Assembly (NCBI GenBank): GCA_963754345.1
Contig: CAVWFZ010000002.1
Coordinates: 13,392-77,391, forward strand
Source: Thermoanaerobaculaceae bacterium
GTDB taxonomy: Bacteria > Acidobacteriota > Thermoanaerobaculia > Thermoanaerobaculales > Thermoanaerobaculaceae
Direction of reading: 5' to 3'
DNA length: 64,000 nucleotides
The notes beneath the pieces are model-generated. The model was given only the letters and a program-made list of their open reading frames with translations. It did not search any database and was not told the DNA's origin. The position numbers were made by a program, and so were the translations under genes. Shown piece after piece: positions 56,034-64,000 of this stretch; position 1 is the stretch's first letter, and each line of letters starts with the position of its first letter.

Positions 56034-57259
56034 ACCTCCTGCAAGGCGCGGCGCAGCAGATCGAGGGCGAAGTTGCCCGAGAACTCCCGTACCATCTCGC
56101 GGTTGCCGCTGAATCGGTGGTGCGCGTGCAGGAGGCCGACCGGCGTGGCCGCGGCCAGGTGGACGGTTCCGACCGGTTTCTCCTCGCTACCGCCGGCGGG
56201 TCCCGCGATCCCAGTGATCGCCAGACCGCACTCCGCCCCCAGCCCGCATGCGCCACGCGCCATCGCCTCCGCGACCTCGCGGCTGACCGCCCCGTGCGCT
56301 TCCAGAAGCGTCCGCGGCACGCCCAGCAGCCTCTCCTTGAGATCGTTCGAGTAGGCCACGGCGCCCCCGACGAACGATTCACTCGAGCCCGGGACGGCGG
56401 TCAGAAGAAACCCCACCAGGCCCCCGGTGCACGACTCCGCCGTGGCCAGGCGCCAGCCTCGCCGCCCCAGCAGCGCGAGCACGGCCGAGGCCAGCGTCTC
56501 GTCGTCCCTGCCGAAAAGGTCGGCGCCGGCGGCGGCCGCGAAGGCCTCCTCCATCAAGGCAAGCTCCGCGCGCGCCCGCGCGCCGGAGGCGGAAAGCACG
56601 AGGTTCACCTGGCCGCGCGCCGCCAGGATCGTGACCCGATCCCGCCCGAAGCGCTCGTACAGCGGGCTCACCCGTTGCTCCACCTGCGACTCGTAAACGC
56701 CGGAAAGGCGCAGCGTGCGCGTCAGCACGCCTGCCGCCCCCGCCCAGCGCGGGAGGAGGTGCGCTGTGAGGATCTGCTCGAGCTCCGACGGCACACCGGG
56801 GAGGAGCACGAGCGTGCGGCCATCCACCTGCAAGACCTGACCCGGGGCGGTCCCGAGGGGGTTCTCCAGCACCTCGGCACCCTCAAGGACGTCCGCCATA
56901 CGAAGGGCGATTGCAGGGAGCTTGCGCCCCCGCTGCCGGTAGCGCGAGCGCAGCGCGTCCTCCAGGCGGCGGTCGCGGGCGACCTTGAGGCCGAGAGCCT
57001 GGGCCACGGCCTCGCGGGTGAGGTCATCCGCGGTCGGGCCGAGCCCACCGCTCACGATCACCAGCTCAACGCGATCCAGCAGCTCGCCGACCGCCGTGGC
57101 GATCGCACCCGCGTCGTCCTCCACGCACCGTTTCTCGACGAACGCGAAGCCGCACGTGGCGAGCAGACGCCTGGCGAGCAGCGAGTTGGTGTCGAGCCGG
57201 TCGGTGCGCAGCAGCTCGGAGCCGACGGCGACGAAGGCGGCTGCCCGACGCGAGGTCAT
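56030..57259 (-). CDS. cinA: Competence/damage-inducible protein CinA (MoCF-binding plus nicotinamide-nucleotide amidohydrolase domains)
   Basis: ATG at 57259 (MTSRRAAAFVAVGSELL); C-terminal CinA domain ESCTGGLVG. Confidence 0.8.
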   Translation of the reverse strand: MTSRRAAAFVAVGSELLRTDRLDTNSLLARRLLATCGFAFVEKRCVEDDAGAIATAVGELLDRVELVIVSGGLGPTADDLTREAVAQALGLKVARDRRLEDALRSRYRQRGRKLPAIALRMADVLEGAEVLENPLGTAPGQVLQVDGRTLVLLPGVPSELEQILTAHLLPRWAGAAGVLTRTLRLSGVYESQVEQRVSPLYERFGRDRVTILAARGQVNLVLSASGARARAELALMEEAFAAAAGADLFGRDDETLASAVLALLGRRGWRLATAESCTGGLVGFLLTAVPGSSESFVGGAVAYSNDLKERLLGVPRTLLEAHGAVSREVAEAMARGACGLGAECGLAITGIAGPAGGSEEKPVGTVHLAAATPVGLLHAHHRFSGNREMVREFSGNFALDLLRRALQEV

Positions 57260-57410
57260 GGCGCGATTGTAGCCTCCCCCTACGTACCAGGGCACAGAGC
57301 GCCTGAGGCTCGCGAGTTGTGTGCCGCCGTGCCGGGCGGCGCAGCCCGGCCGACGAACCCCCGGGCTCTGCGGGCTTGCGCCACGACGAGACCTGGGTTC
57401 CAATGGCCGC

Positions 57411-58169
57411 ATGGACCGTGACCATCTTGTCGCCTACCTGGACGACCTGCTGGAGGTGGATACCCTGCAGGACGTCGGCGTCAACGGCCTCCAGGTGGCG
57501 GGCAGGCAGGAGGTGGAGAGGCTCGCCACCGCCGTCTCGGCCTCTGCCGAGCTCTTCTCGCAAGCAGCGGACTGGGAGGCGGATGCGGTGCTGGTCCACC
57601 ACGGCCTGCTCTGGCGGGAGGACGACCCGCCGCGGGTGACGGGCTCGTTCCGCCAGCGCCTGCGTCTCCTGTTGGAGCACGACCTCAACCTCATCGCCTA
57701 TCACTTGCCGCTCGACCGCCACCCCGCCCACGGCAACGCGGCCGTGCTGGCCCGGGAGCTGGGCCTCGAGCAGCTCGAGCCGTTCGGGAGCTTCGGCGGG
57801 GTGGCGCTCGGGGTCGCGGGCGTGTTCCCCGATCCTCTGCCCGCCGAGGACCTCTTCGTCCTGCTCCGCCAGGTGTGCGGCCAGGAGCCGCAGATCTTCC
57901 CCGGCGGGCCGGAGCGGGTGGCCTCGGTGGGGATCGTGACCGGCGGTGCCCCCACCGCCTTCGAGGAGGCCGTGGCCTCCGGGCTCGACGCCTACATCAC
58001 CGGCGAGGCGCGCGAGTGGGTGCTGCACCGCGCCGCGGAAGACGGCGTGCACTTCATCGCCGCCGGGCACTACGCCACCGAACGCTTCGGCGTGCGCTCG
58101 TTGGGGGAGTTCCTGGCCAAACGGTTCGACCTCGAGGTTCGCTTCTTCGATCTCCCCAACCCGGTCTGA
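57411..58169 (+). CDS. Nif3-family dinuclear metal-centre protein
   Basis: MDRDHLVAYLDDLL...GVNGLQV...LVHHGLLW...AGHYATERFG carries the NIF3 motifs. Confidence 0.75.
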   Translation: MDRDHLVAYLDDLLEVDTLQDVGVNGLQVAGRQEVERLATAVSASAELFSQAADWEADAVLVHHGLLWREDDPPRVTGSFRQRLRLLLEHDLNLIAYHLPLDRHPAHGNAAVLARELGLEQLEPFGSFGGVALGVAGVFPDPLPAEDLFVLLRQVCGQEPQIFPGGPERVASVGIVTGGAPTAFEEAVASGLDAYITGEAREWVLHRAAEDGVHFIAAGHYATERFGVRSLGEFLAKRFDLEVRFFDLPNPV

Positions 58170-58386
58170 CGCCGTACTTGGGGTGCCGGCTGCATCCTCC
58201 GTGAGCGCCGAACGCCGCCTCGCGGCCGTGATGCCCCGGGCAAACGCAAGAGAAACTCGAACTGCATCCCATGACCTGGCCCTGGCGGGGTAGTTCTCAA
58301 CCGTCACGAGGTGCGGTACCCTTGGGCGCCGGCGCCGGGACCGGTGAGGATCCCCACCGGTGCGCCGTTACCGGAAAGGAGCAGGC

Positions 58387-59447
58387 ATGGACATTCAGGA
58401 CAGGTCGGTCGCCCGCGCCCCGAAAGCCCCGTTGGACCCCTCCAACCTCCCGTTCGGGCGCACCTTCGCTCCCAACATGTTCATGGTGGAGTGGGACGAG
58501 GGGAAGGGCTGGCACGACCCGCGGATGGTCCCCTACGGCCCCCTGGACCTTGCCCCCGCCGCGATGGTGTTTCATTACGGACAGGAGATCTTTGAGGGGC
58601 TGAAGGCGTTCAAGCACCCGGACGGGAGCGTCCACCTCTTCCGCCCCGACCGCAACGCCTCCCGCCTCAACACCTCTGCCGTTCGCCTGTCCATGCCGGA
58701 GATCCGGGTGGAGTTGCAGGTGGAGGCAATGCGCAAGCTCGTCAAGATCGACATCGGCTGGGTCCCCCCCCGCCCGCCACGCTCTACGTGCGCCCGACAA
58801 TGATCGCCACCCAGGAGGCGCTCGGCGTCCACAGCTCCAACAAGTTCCTCTACTTCATCATCACGGGGCCGACCGGCTCTTACTTCGGCACGAAGAGCAG
58901 CACGGTGCGGATCATGGTGGCGCGCGACTGGGCGCGCGCGGCCCCCGGGGGCACCGGCGCCGCGAAGACCGGCGGCAACTACGCCGCCTCGCTCGTGGCC
59001 GGCGCGGTCGCGCAGCAAAAGGGGTGCGAGCAGGTGATGTGGCTCGATGCCCTGGAGCGACGCCACGTGGAGGAGGTGGGCGCAATGAACCTGATGTTCG
59101 TGTTCGACGGCGTCGTGACCACCCCCCCGACCTCGGGCACGATCCTCGCCGGCATCACCCGCGAGAGCCTGGGCGTGCTTTGCCGTGAGCTGAAGCTGCA
59201 CTTCGTCGAGCGGACGATCCACATCGAGGAGGTCATCCAGGGTCTCGGCAGCGGTGACTGCACCGAGATCTTCGGGTGCGGAACGGCGGCGGTGGTCTCG
59301 CCCGTCGGCGAGCTGATGGACGGGGACAAGGTCTACCGCGTCGGCGACGGCAACGAGGGCCCGGTGGCACGCCAGCTGCGCGAGGCGCTCACGGCGATCC
59401 AGTTCGGCACCGCTCCCGACACCCGCAGCTGGATGGCCCGGGTCTGA
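58387..59447 (+). pseudogene. ilvE: Branched-chain amino acid aminotransferase, interrupted by a frameshift in a C8 run
   Basis: ORF 58360-58803 carries the N-terminal BCAT sequence to ...KIDIGWVPP. ORF 58788-59447 continues as LYVRPTMIATQEALGV...GTAAVVSPV. The junction is the run CCCCCCCC at about 58766-58773. Confidence 0.7.
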
Positions 59448-59500
59448 CTCCGGTGGTGTGCCGCGGCCGCAGGCGGGAATGAAGCGGCCCCCCTTCCGCT

Positions 59501-60163
59501 TTGGACCGTGAGGAGGCGCCCGTGCACGACGATATGCCAGTCATCCCGGTCTTTCCCCTCGGGGTGGTCGTCCTCCCGGGTGAGGCGTTGCCGCTGCACA
59601 TCTTCGAGGAACGCTGCAAGACCATGCTGGCCGATTGCCGCTCGGGAAACCCGACGGGGCAGACGCTGCCGTTCGGGGTCTCGCTGGCGCAGGAGAAGAG
59701 CCTCTTCGAGGTGGGGTGCACGGTCAGCCTGGAGAGCGTCGTCCAGGAGTACGACGACGGCCGGCTCGACATCCTCACGGTCGGGCGCCGGCGGTACCGC
59801 GTCGTGAGGATCAACGAGAATCGTCCCTACCTGCAGGCGGTCGTGGAGTTTTTCGACGATGACGAGGAGGAGCCTGACACCGCCCTGCGGGAACGCGCCC
59901 ACGCCCTCGCCGCCAGGTTGACCGAGATGGTGACCGGAGAGCCGGCGCTCTCCTTCAGCACCGACCCGCAGTCCTCCTTCCAGCTCGCCGGTCTCGCCGG
60001 CTTCGACCTCAAGGCCAAGCAGGAGCTGCTCGAAATGCGCAGCGAGAACGCCCGTCTCGCCGTGGTCGCCGCTCGGCTCGGGGCCCTCATCGCACGGCTT
60101 CAGGAGAACGCCGAGCCCGGGGAGTGGGCCCGCAGCAAGGGCAAACTGCATCTTGTGAACTGA
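59501..60163 (+). CDS. Lon N-terminal (LON substrate-binding) domain-only protein, second copy
   Basis: MPVIPVFPLGVVVLPGEALPLHIFEERCKTML parallels the E. coli Lon N-terminus ([24 protein letters not shown]). No ATPase or protease domain. Confidence 0.55.
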   Translation: MDREEAPVHDDMPVIPVFPLGVVVLPGEALPLHIFEERCKTMLADCRSGNPTGQTLPFGVSLAQEKSLFEVGCTVSLESVVQEYDDGRLDILTVGRRRYRVVRINENRPYLQAVVEFFDDDEEEPDTALRERAHALAARLTEMVTGEPALSFSTDPQSSFQLAGLAGFDLKAKQELLEMRSENARLAVVAARLGALIARLQENAEPGEWARSKGKLHLVN

Positions 60164-60164
60164 T

Positions 60165-60944
60165 TCACAAGCTCTCCCGGAAACCCTCGAGCAGCTCGCG
60201 CAGGCGCACGAAACCGGCGCGGCTGATCGGGACCTTGCTGCCGTCGGCAAGCACCGCGAGCCGGCTGTCCTTGGAGTAGCGTTCGATGCGCACGACGCGC
60301 CCCACGTTCACGATGAACGACCGGTGCACGCGCACGAAATGGTCCCGGTCGAGCTGAGCTTCCAGCTCTGCAAGGGTCTGCTGCTTCAGGAACTCACGCC
60401 CCCCCGAGCGCAGGCACACGTAATCGTCACGGGCCTCCGCGACGTCGAGCTCGCCGGCAGGGATCACGTGGACCCGCGAGCCCTCGCGCAGGAGCAGGCG
60501 CGCGAGGGGGACGCCGGACGGCCGAGCTTCGGCCGCCGCCCGTTCGAGCCCAGGATCCCTGGGCCGCCCGACCCGCTGCCTGGCGCGCGCGAGGGCCTCG
60601 GCCAGGCGCTCGGCCGAGAACGGCTTGAGCAGGTAGTCCACGGCGTGCACGTCGAATGCGCGCAGCGCGTGCCGATCGTAGGCGGTGACGAAGACGACCG
60701 CCACTTCCCGCCCGAGGAGCTCCAGCACGTCGAAACCGGAGAGGCCCGGCATCTGCACATCCAGCAACAGGAGGTCGGGGGTGAGCTCTTCGACGGCCTT
60801 GACCGCCTCGAACCCGTTGGCGCACTCGGCGACGACCTCCACGTCGGCGTGTGCGGCGAGGTACTGGCGGAGCAGCGCCCGTGCCGGCTCCTCGTCGTCA
60901 ACGATCGCCACCTTCAACGTCGCGCGCGCCGCTCTTCCAGTCAT
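60165..60944 (-). CDS. LytTR-family two-component response regulator
   Basis: ATG at 60944. Receiver domain (VAIVDDE...LLLLDVQMPGLSGFDV) plus a C-terminal LytTR DNA-binding domain. Confidence 0.8.
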   Translation of the reverse strand: MTGRAARATLKVAIVDDEEPARALLRQYLAAHADVEVVAECANGFEAVKAVEELTPDLLLLDVQMPGLSGFDVLELLGREVAVVFVTAYDRHALRAFDVHAVDYLLKPFSAERLAEALARARQRVGRPRDPGLERAAAEARPSGVPLARLLLREGSRVHVIPAGELDVAEARDDYVCLRSGGREFLKQQTLAELEAQLDRDHFVRVHRSFIVNVGRVVRIERYSKDSRLAVLADGSKVPISRAGFVRLRELLEGFRESL

Positions 60945-60954
60945 GTCGCTCACC

Positions 60955-62031
60955 TCAGGATGGTCCTGCAGCGCGGCGTGAGGTCGTGGCGGGCAGCACC
61001 AGCTCGACACGGAAAGCCCCGGCGCGCCGCCTAACGTCGATCTGGGCCTCCTGCGCATGCAGCGCGGCGAGGCGGCTGCGCACGTTGGCGAGCCCGAGCC
61101 CTTCCCCCGGGCTCGCCGGGACCGCAGGGTCCACAGGGTTTTCCACCGCCAGGTGCAGCAGTCCACCGCCGCACCGGGCCTCGATGCGGACCGCGCCCCC
61201 GTCCACGAGGCTCGCGATGCCGTGCTTCACGGCGTTTTCCACCAACGGCTGGAGCATGAGCGGCGGCACCTCACACGTGCCCGCCTCGGGGGTGATCTCG
61301 CGCTCGACGCGCAGGCGCGCACCGAAGCGTGCCCGCTCGACCGCCAGGTACTTCTCCGCCAGGGCGATCTCCGCGGAGAGAGGGATGCTACCGGCGCCAC
61401 CGAGGCGCAAGGTCTCCCGGAGGAAGTCCGCGAGCTCGAGGCACATCGCTCGGGCCGCCGCGGGATCGCTGCCGGTGAGCGAGCTGATGGAGTTGAGCGC
61501 GTTGAAGAGGAAGTGAGGGTCGATCTGGGCCCGCAGCGAGCGCAGCTCTGCCTCCCGGGCGAGCACCTCAAGCTCGAGGGCGCTCCGCTCCGACCGGCGG
61601 GCGTCCTGGAACGCGATCAGGAGGTAGTGCAGCGCCGCGGCAAGCGCGTAGAGGACCACGGCGACCGCCAAGATCACGGGCACCAGCCGCGGGAACCGCT
61701 GCACGGACCCTGCGAAGGCCGGGAACTCCTCCAGGAAGACGACCCAGGTATTGGCCAGGAAGAGCCAGAGGACGGCCGAAAGACCGGCCGCCGCGGCCTG
61801 CGTCACCAGGACCTTCGCGAGGGAGGAGCCCTGCAGCGAGGCGCTCCGGCACGGGTACCAGGCGGCCAGGCAGATGAACGCGTAGACGACCGCGAGCGGG
61901 AACGCCACCACCGCGGCCTCCAGCCATGGCGCCCCCGCAATGTAGAGCAGCCCTGCGAGCAGCGCCGCCAGCGGGACCCACGCAGCCAGGTAGGGGCCCA
62001 ACCGTCCCCGGTAGGCGAGGATCGGGTGCAT
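60955..62031 (-). CDS. LytS/YehU-type sensor histidine kinase (His_kinase PF06580 + HATPase_c)
   Basis: Five or six N-terminal TM helices, then QIDPHFLFNALNSISSL (H-box), then ENAVKHG and GLGLANVRSRL. Confidence 0.8.
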   Translation of the reverse strand: MHPILAYRGRLGPYLAAWVPLAALLAGLLYIAGAPWLEAAVVAFPLAVVYAFICLAAWYPCRSASLQGSSLAKVLVTQAAAAGLSAVLWLFLANTWVVFLEEFPAFAGSVQRFPRLVPVILAVAVVLYALAAALHYLLIAFQDARRSERSALELEVLAREAELRSLRAQIDPHFLFNALNSISSLTGSDPAAARAMCLELADFLRETLRLGGAGSIPLSAEIALAEKYLAVERARFGARLRVEREITPEAGTCEVPPLMLQPLVENAVKHGIASLVDGGAVRIEARCGGGLLHLAVENPVDPAVPASPGEGLGLANVRSRLAALHAQEAQIDVRRRAGAFRVELVLPATTSRRAAGPS

Positions 62032-62034
62032 GGG

Positions 62035-62805
62035 TCAGTTCTTGACCTCGACGCCGCCCATGACCGCGGCGCCCCTGATCACGAGGACCTTCTTGCCGGG
62101 CTCCCCCGCGTGCACCGTCGTGTCCTCGAAGGCGGCCAGGATCGGCGTGCCCTGCACGACCACGGTCCAGTCATCCGGGACCCTGATCTCGATCCCGCCC
62201 CAGAGCGCGAAGGTGTCGAGGACGGCCGGGCCGGTGGCGATCGAGGCCTGTCGCAGGTCCAGCTCACAGCCGCCCATGACCGCCGTGAGGTCGCCTCCGC
62301 GGAAATCCTGCGACACGCACCTCCGTTTGACACCGCCCAGGAGCGCCAGCGCGGAGACCGTGGCGCTGCTGTCGCCGCCGCCTGCGCCTGACCCGGCCAC
62401 CGGCACCGAGCCCTCCTCACCGGGGACTGCGGCACGAACGTGCCGCGGGATCCCGCGCCACGGCGCCCCGGCGATCGCACGCCAGATCATCATGGCCCCG
62501 AAAAGCACCAGCAGCACCGACCAGTAATCCCAGACGCGGTACTCGATCACGTCCAGGTTGGAGAGCAGGAACCATGCTCCCAGCACGATCAGGAAGACCC
62601 CGAAGCCCCGGCCGTGGGTGCCGCGCGGTTGGACGATCCGGCCGATCCCGACGGCGATCAGGATCACCGGCCAGTACTCCCAGAAGTCTCCGGCCCGAAC
62701 GTACCTCAGCTTGTCGAGCGTGAACAGCACGCCTATGGCGATGACCACCAGGCCCATGACGATCCTGGCGCTGTTGCGGTGCCTGTACTCGTCCACCATC
62801 CCCAC
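62035..62805 (-). CDS. LiaF-like / DUF2154-type membrane protein with a C-terminal putative beta (toastrack-like) domain
   Basis: Four N-terminal TM helices. The C-terminal domain has repeated DxxxGG(V/I)E(I/V) strands. Its position next to the LytS/LytTR pair is typical of such accessory sensors. Confidence 0.55.
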   Translation of the reverse strand: MGMVDEYRHRNSARIVMGLVVIAIGVLFTLDKLRYVRAGDFWEYWPVILIAVGIGRIVQPRGTHGRGFGVFLIVLGAWFLLSNLDVIEYRVWDYWSVLLVLFGAMMIWRAIAGAPWRGIPRHVRAAVPGEEGSVPVAGSGAGGGDSSATVSALALLGGVKRRCVSQDFRGGDLTAVMGGCELDLRQASIATGPAVLDTFALWGGIEIRVPDDWTVVVQGTPILAAFEDTTVHAGEPGKKVLVIRGAAVMGGVEVKN

Positions 62806-63046
62806 CTCCCGAGCTGGCCCCCTCCGGGCCGGCGCCGCTCACGCACACCATACGCCAGGCCGGAGCCGGAGTTCGCGGTTCTCCGGTCAACGGCGGTGCC
62901 TCACCGGTGAACAGCGGCAGATCGGTCCTTCCTGGGGCCGCTCCCCGAATCCCCCTTCTTCTTTTCTGGTGCACCGGCTCACAGCGCTTTGGTGTTTCTT
63001 GATCTGCGTGGCAGCGTTTTCATTTCCTCGGGGGTGACGACGCATT

Positions 63047-63400
63047 CTGTTTTGCCCCGCGGGCTTCGGAGAGATAGGCCACCCGCGGCACCGGCGGATC
63101 AAAAAGCCCCCTCCCGCAGCGCGAGACGAGGAGGGCAACCTCATCGCGCACCGGGTGGGTGGGGGTGATTCCGCCCGAAGGGTGGCGAAGCCATCGCGCT
63201 GGAGCGAGCGGGGTCCCCGACGCGCTGGCCGGCATGGGGAGACGGCGGCGGCGCTTCATGCGAACGCCGAGGGGCCCTGTGCCGGGCAGCGCTGTCGGGT
63301 CGCTCGCGCAGGCGTCACGAGTCCTGCCAACGGCAGGATGAGTGAGCGAAGCCACCCCCGGGCAAGAAAGCCCAACGCAGTTGAAAGAAGATTCCACTCC
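63047..63400. repeat. Copy C of the dispersed repeat family, with the core motif in inverted orientation, next to the ahcY 3' end
   Basis: TTTTGCCCCGCGGGCT is followed directly by TCGGAGAGATAGGCCACCCGCGGCACCGGCGGATCAAAAAGCCCCCTCCCG, the reverse complement of the core seen in A and B. The middle aligns with A (GGGGAGACGGCGG.G.CGC.TCA.GCGAACGCCGAGGGGCCC). The 3' module GCCACCCCCGGGCAAGAAAGCCCAACGCAGTTGAAAG is present. Confidence 0.6.
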
Positions 63401-63459
63401 GAACCCGTGGACCAACGGGCGGAGAGAAAGAAAGGTTGGGGGCGGCGCCCCAGAGAGCC

Positions 63460-64000
<541 letters not shown>

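Overview
This is a 64 kb stretch of very high-GC (about 70%) bacterial chromosome. The lineage is unclear; lipoprotein-sorting (LolB-like) and Tat signals suggest a diderm such as Acidobacteria or Myxococcota, but this is inference only. Most of the window is conserved housekeeping operons. Minus strand: rpsF-rpsR-DUF2232-rplI followed by a coiled-coil methyltransferase; pth-rplY(ctc)-prs; tRNA-Gln; spoVG-ispE-lolB-like; ffh-rpsP-KH-rimM-trmD-rplS-rnhB; gpsA-plsY-thpR-cinA; pgsA-MMPL; and a LytTR/LytS/LiaF-like module. Plus strand: queG-Rieske, two tandem L,D-transpeptidases, and rluA with a Tat-exported class V aminotransferase. Between ffh (about 27.1 kb) and a Lon-like protease (about 39.1 kb) lies a lower-GC accessory segment. 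It holds two paralogous secreted proteins, an NfeD-flotillin operon with a flavin reductase-rubredoxin fusion, a DUF3052 protein, and a compact defence/addiction cluster: a PARIS-like AriA/AriB pair (ABC ATPase plus DUF4435/Toprim), MazEF and HigBA. This cluster is bounded by a roughly 37-50 nt direct repeat that duplicates the last 11 codons of the Lon-like gene, which is an integration signature, yet no integrase is present. A GC-rich dispersed non-coding repeat family of about 350-650 nt has five or more copies at intergenic sites, including the boundaries of the accessory segments. It carries conserved cores and palindromes and is the most unusual structure in the window. Two housekeeping genes, trmD and ilvE, are frameshifted at G/C homopolymers, so these are either assembly errors or pseudogenes. 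Many long ORFs in the six-frame track are antisense artefacts of the high GC and were not called.
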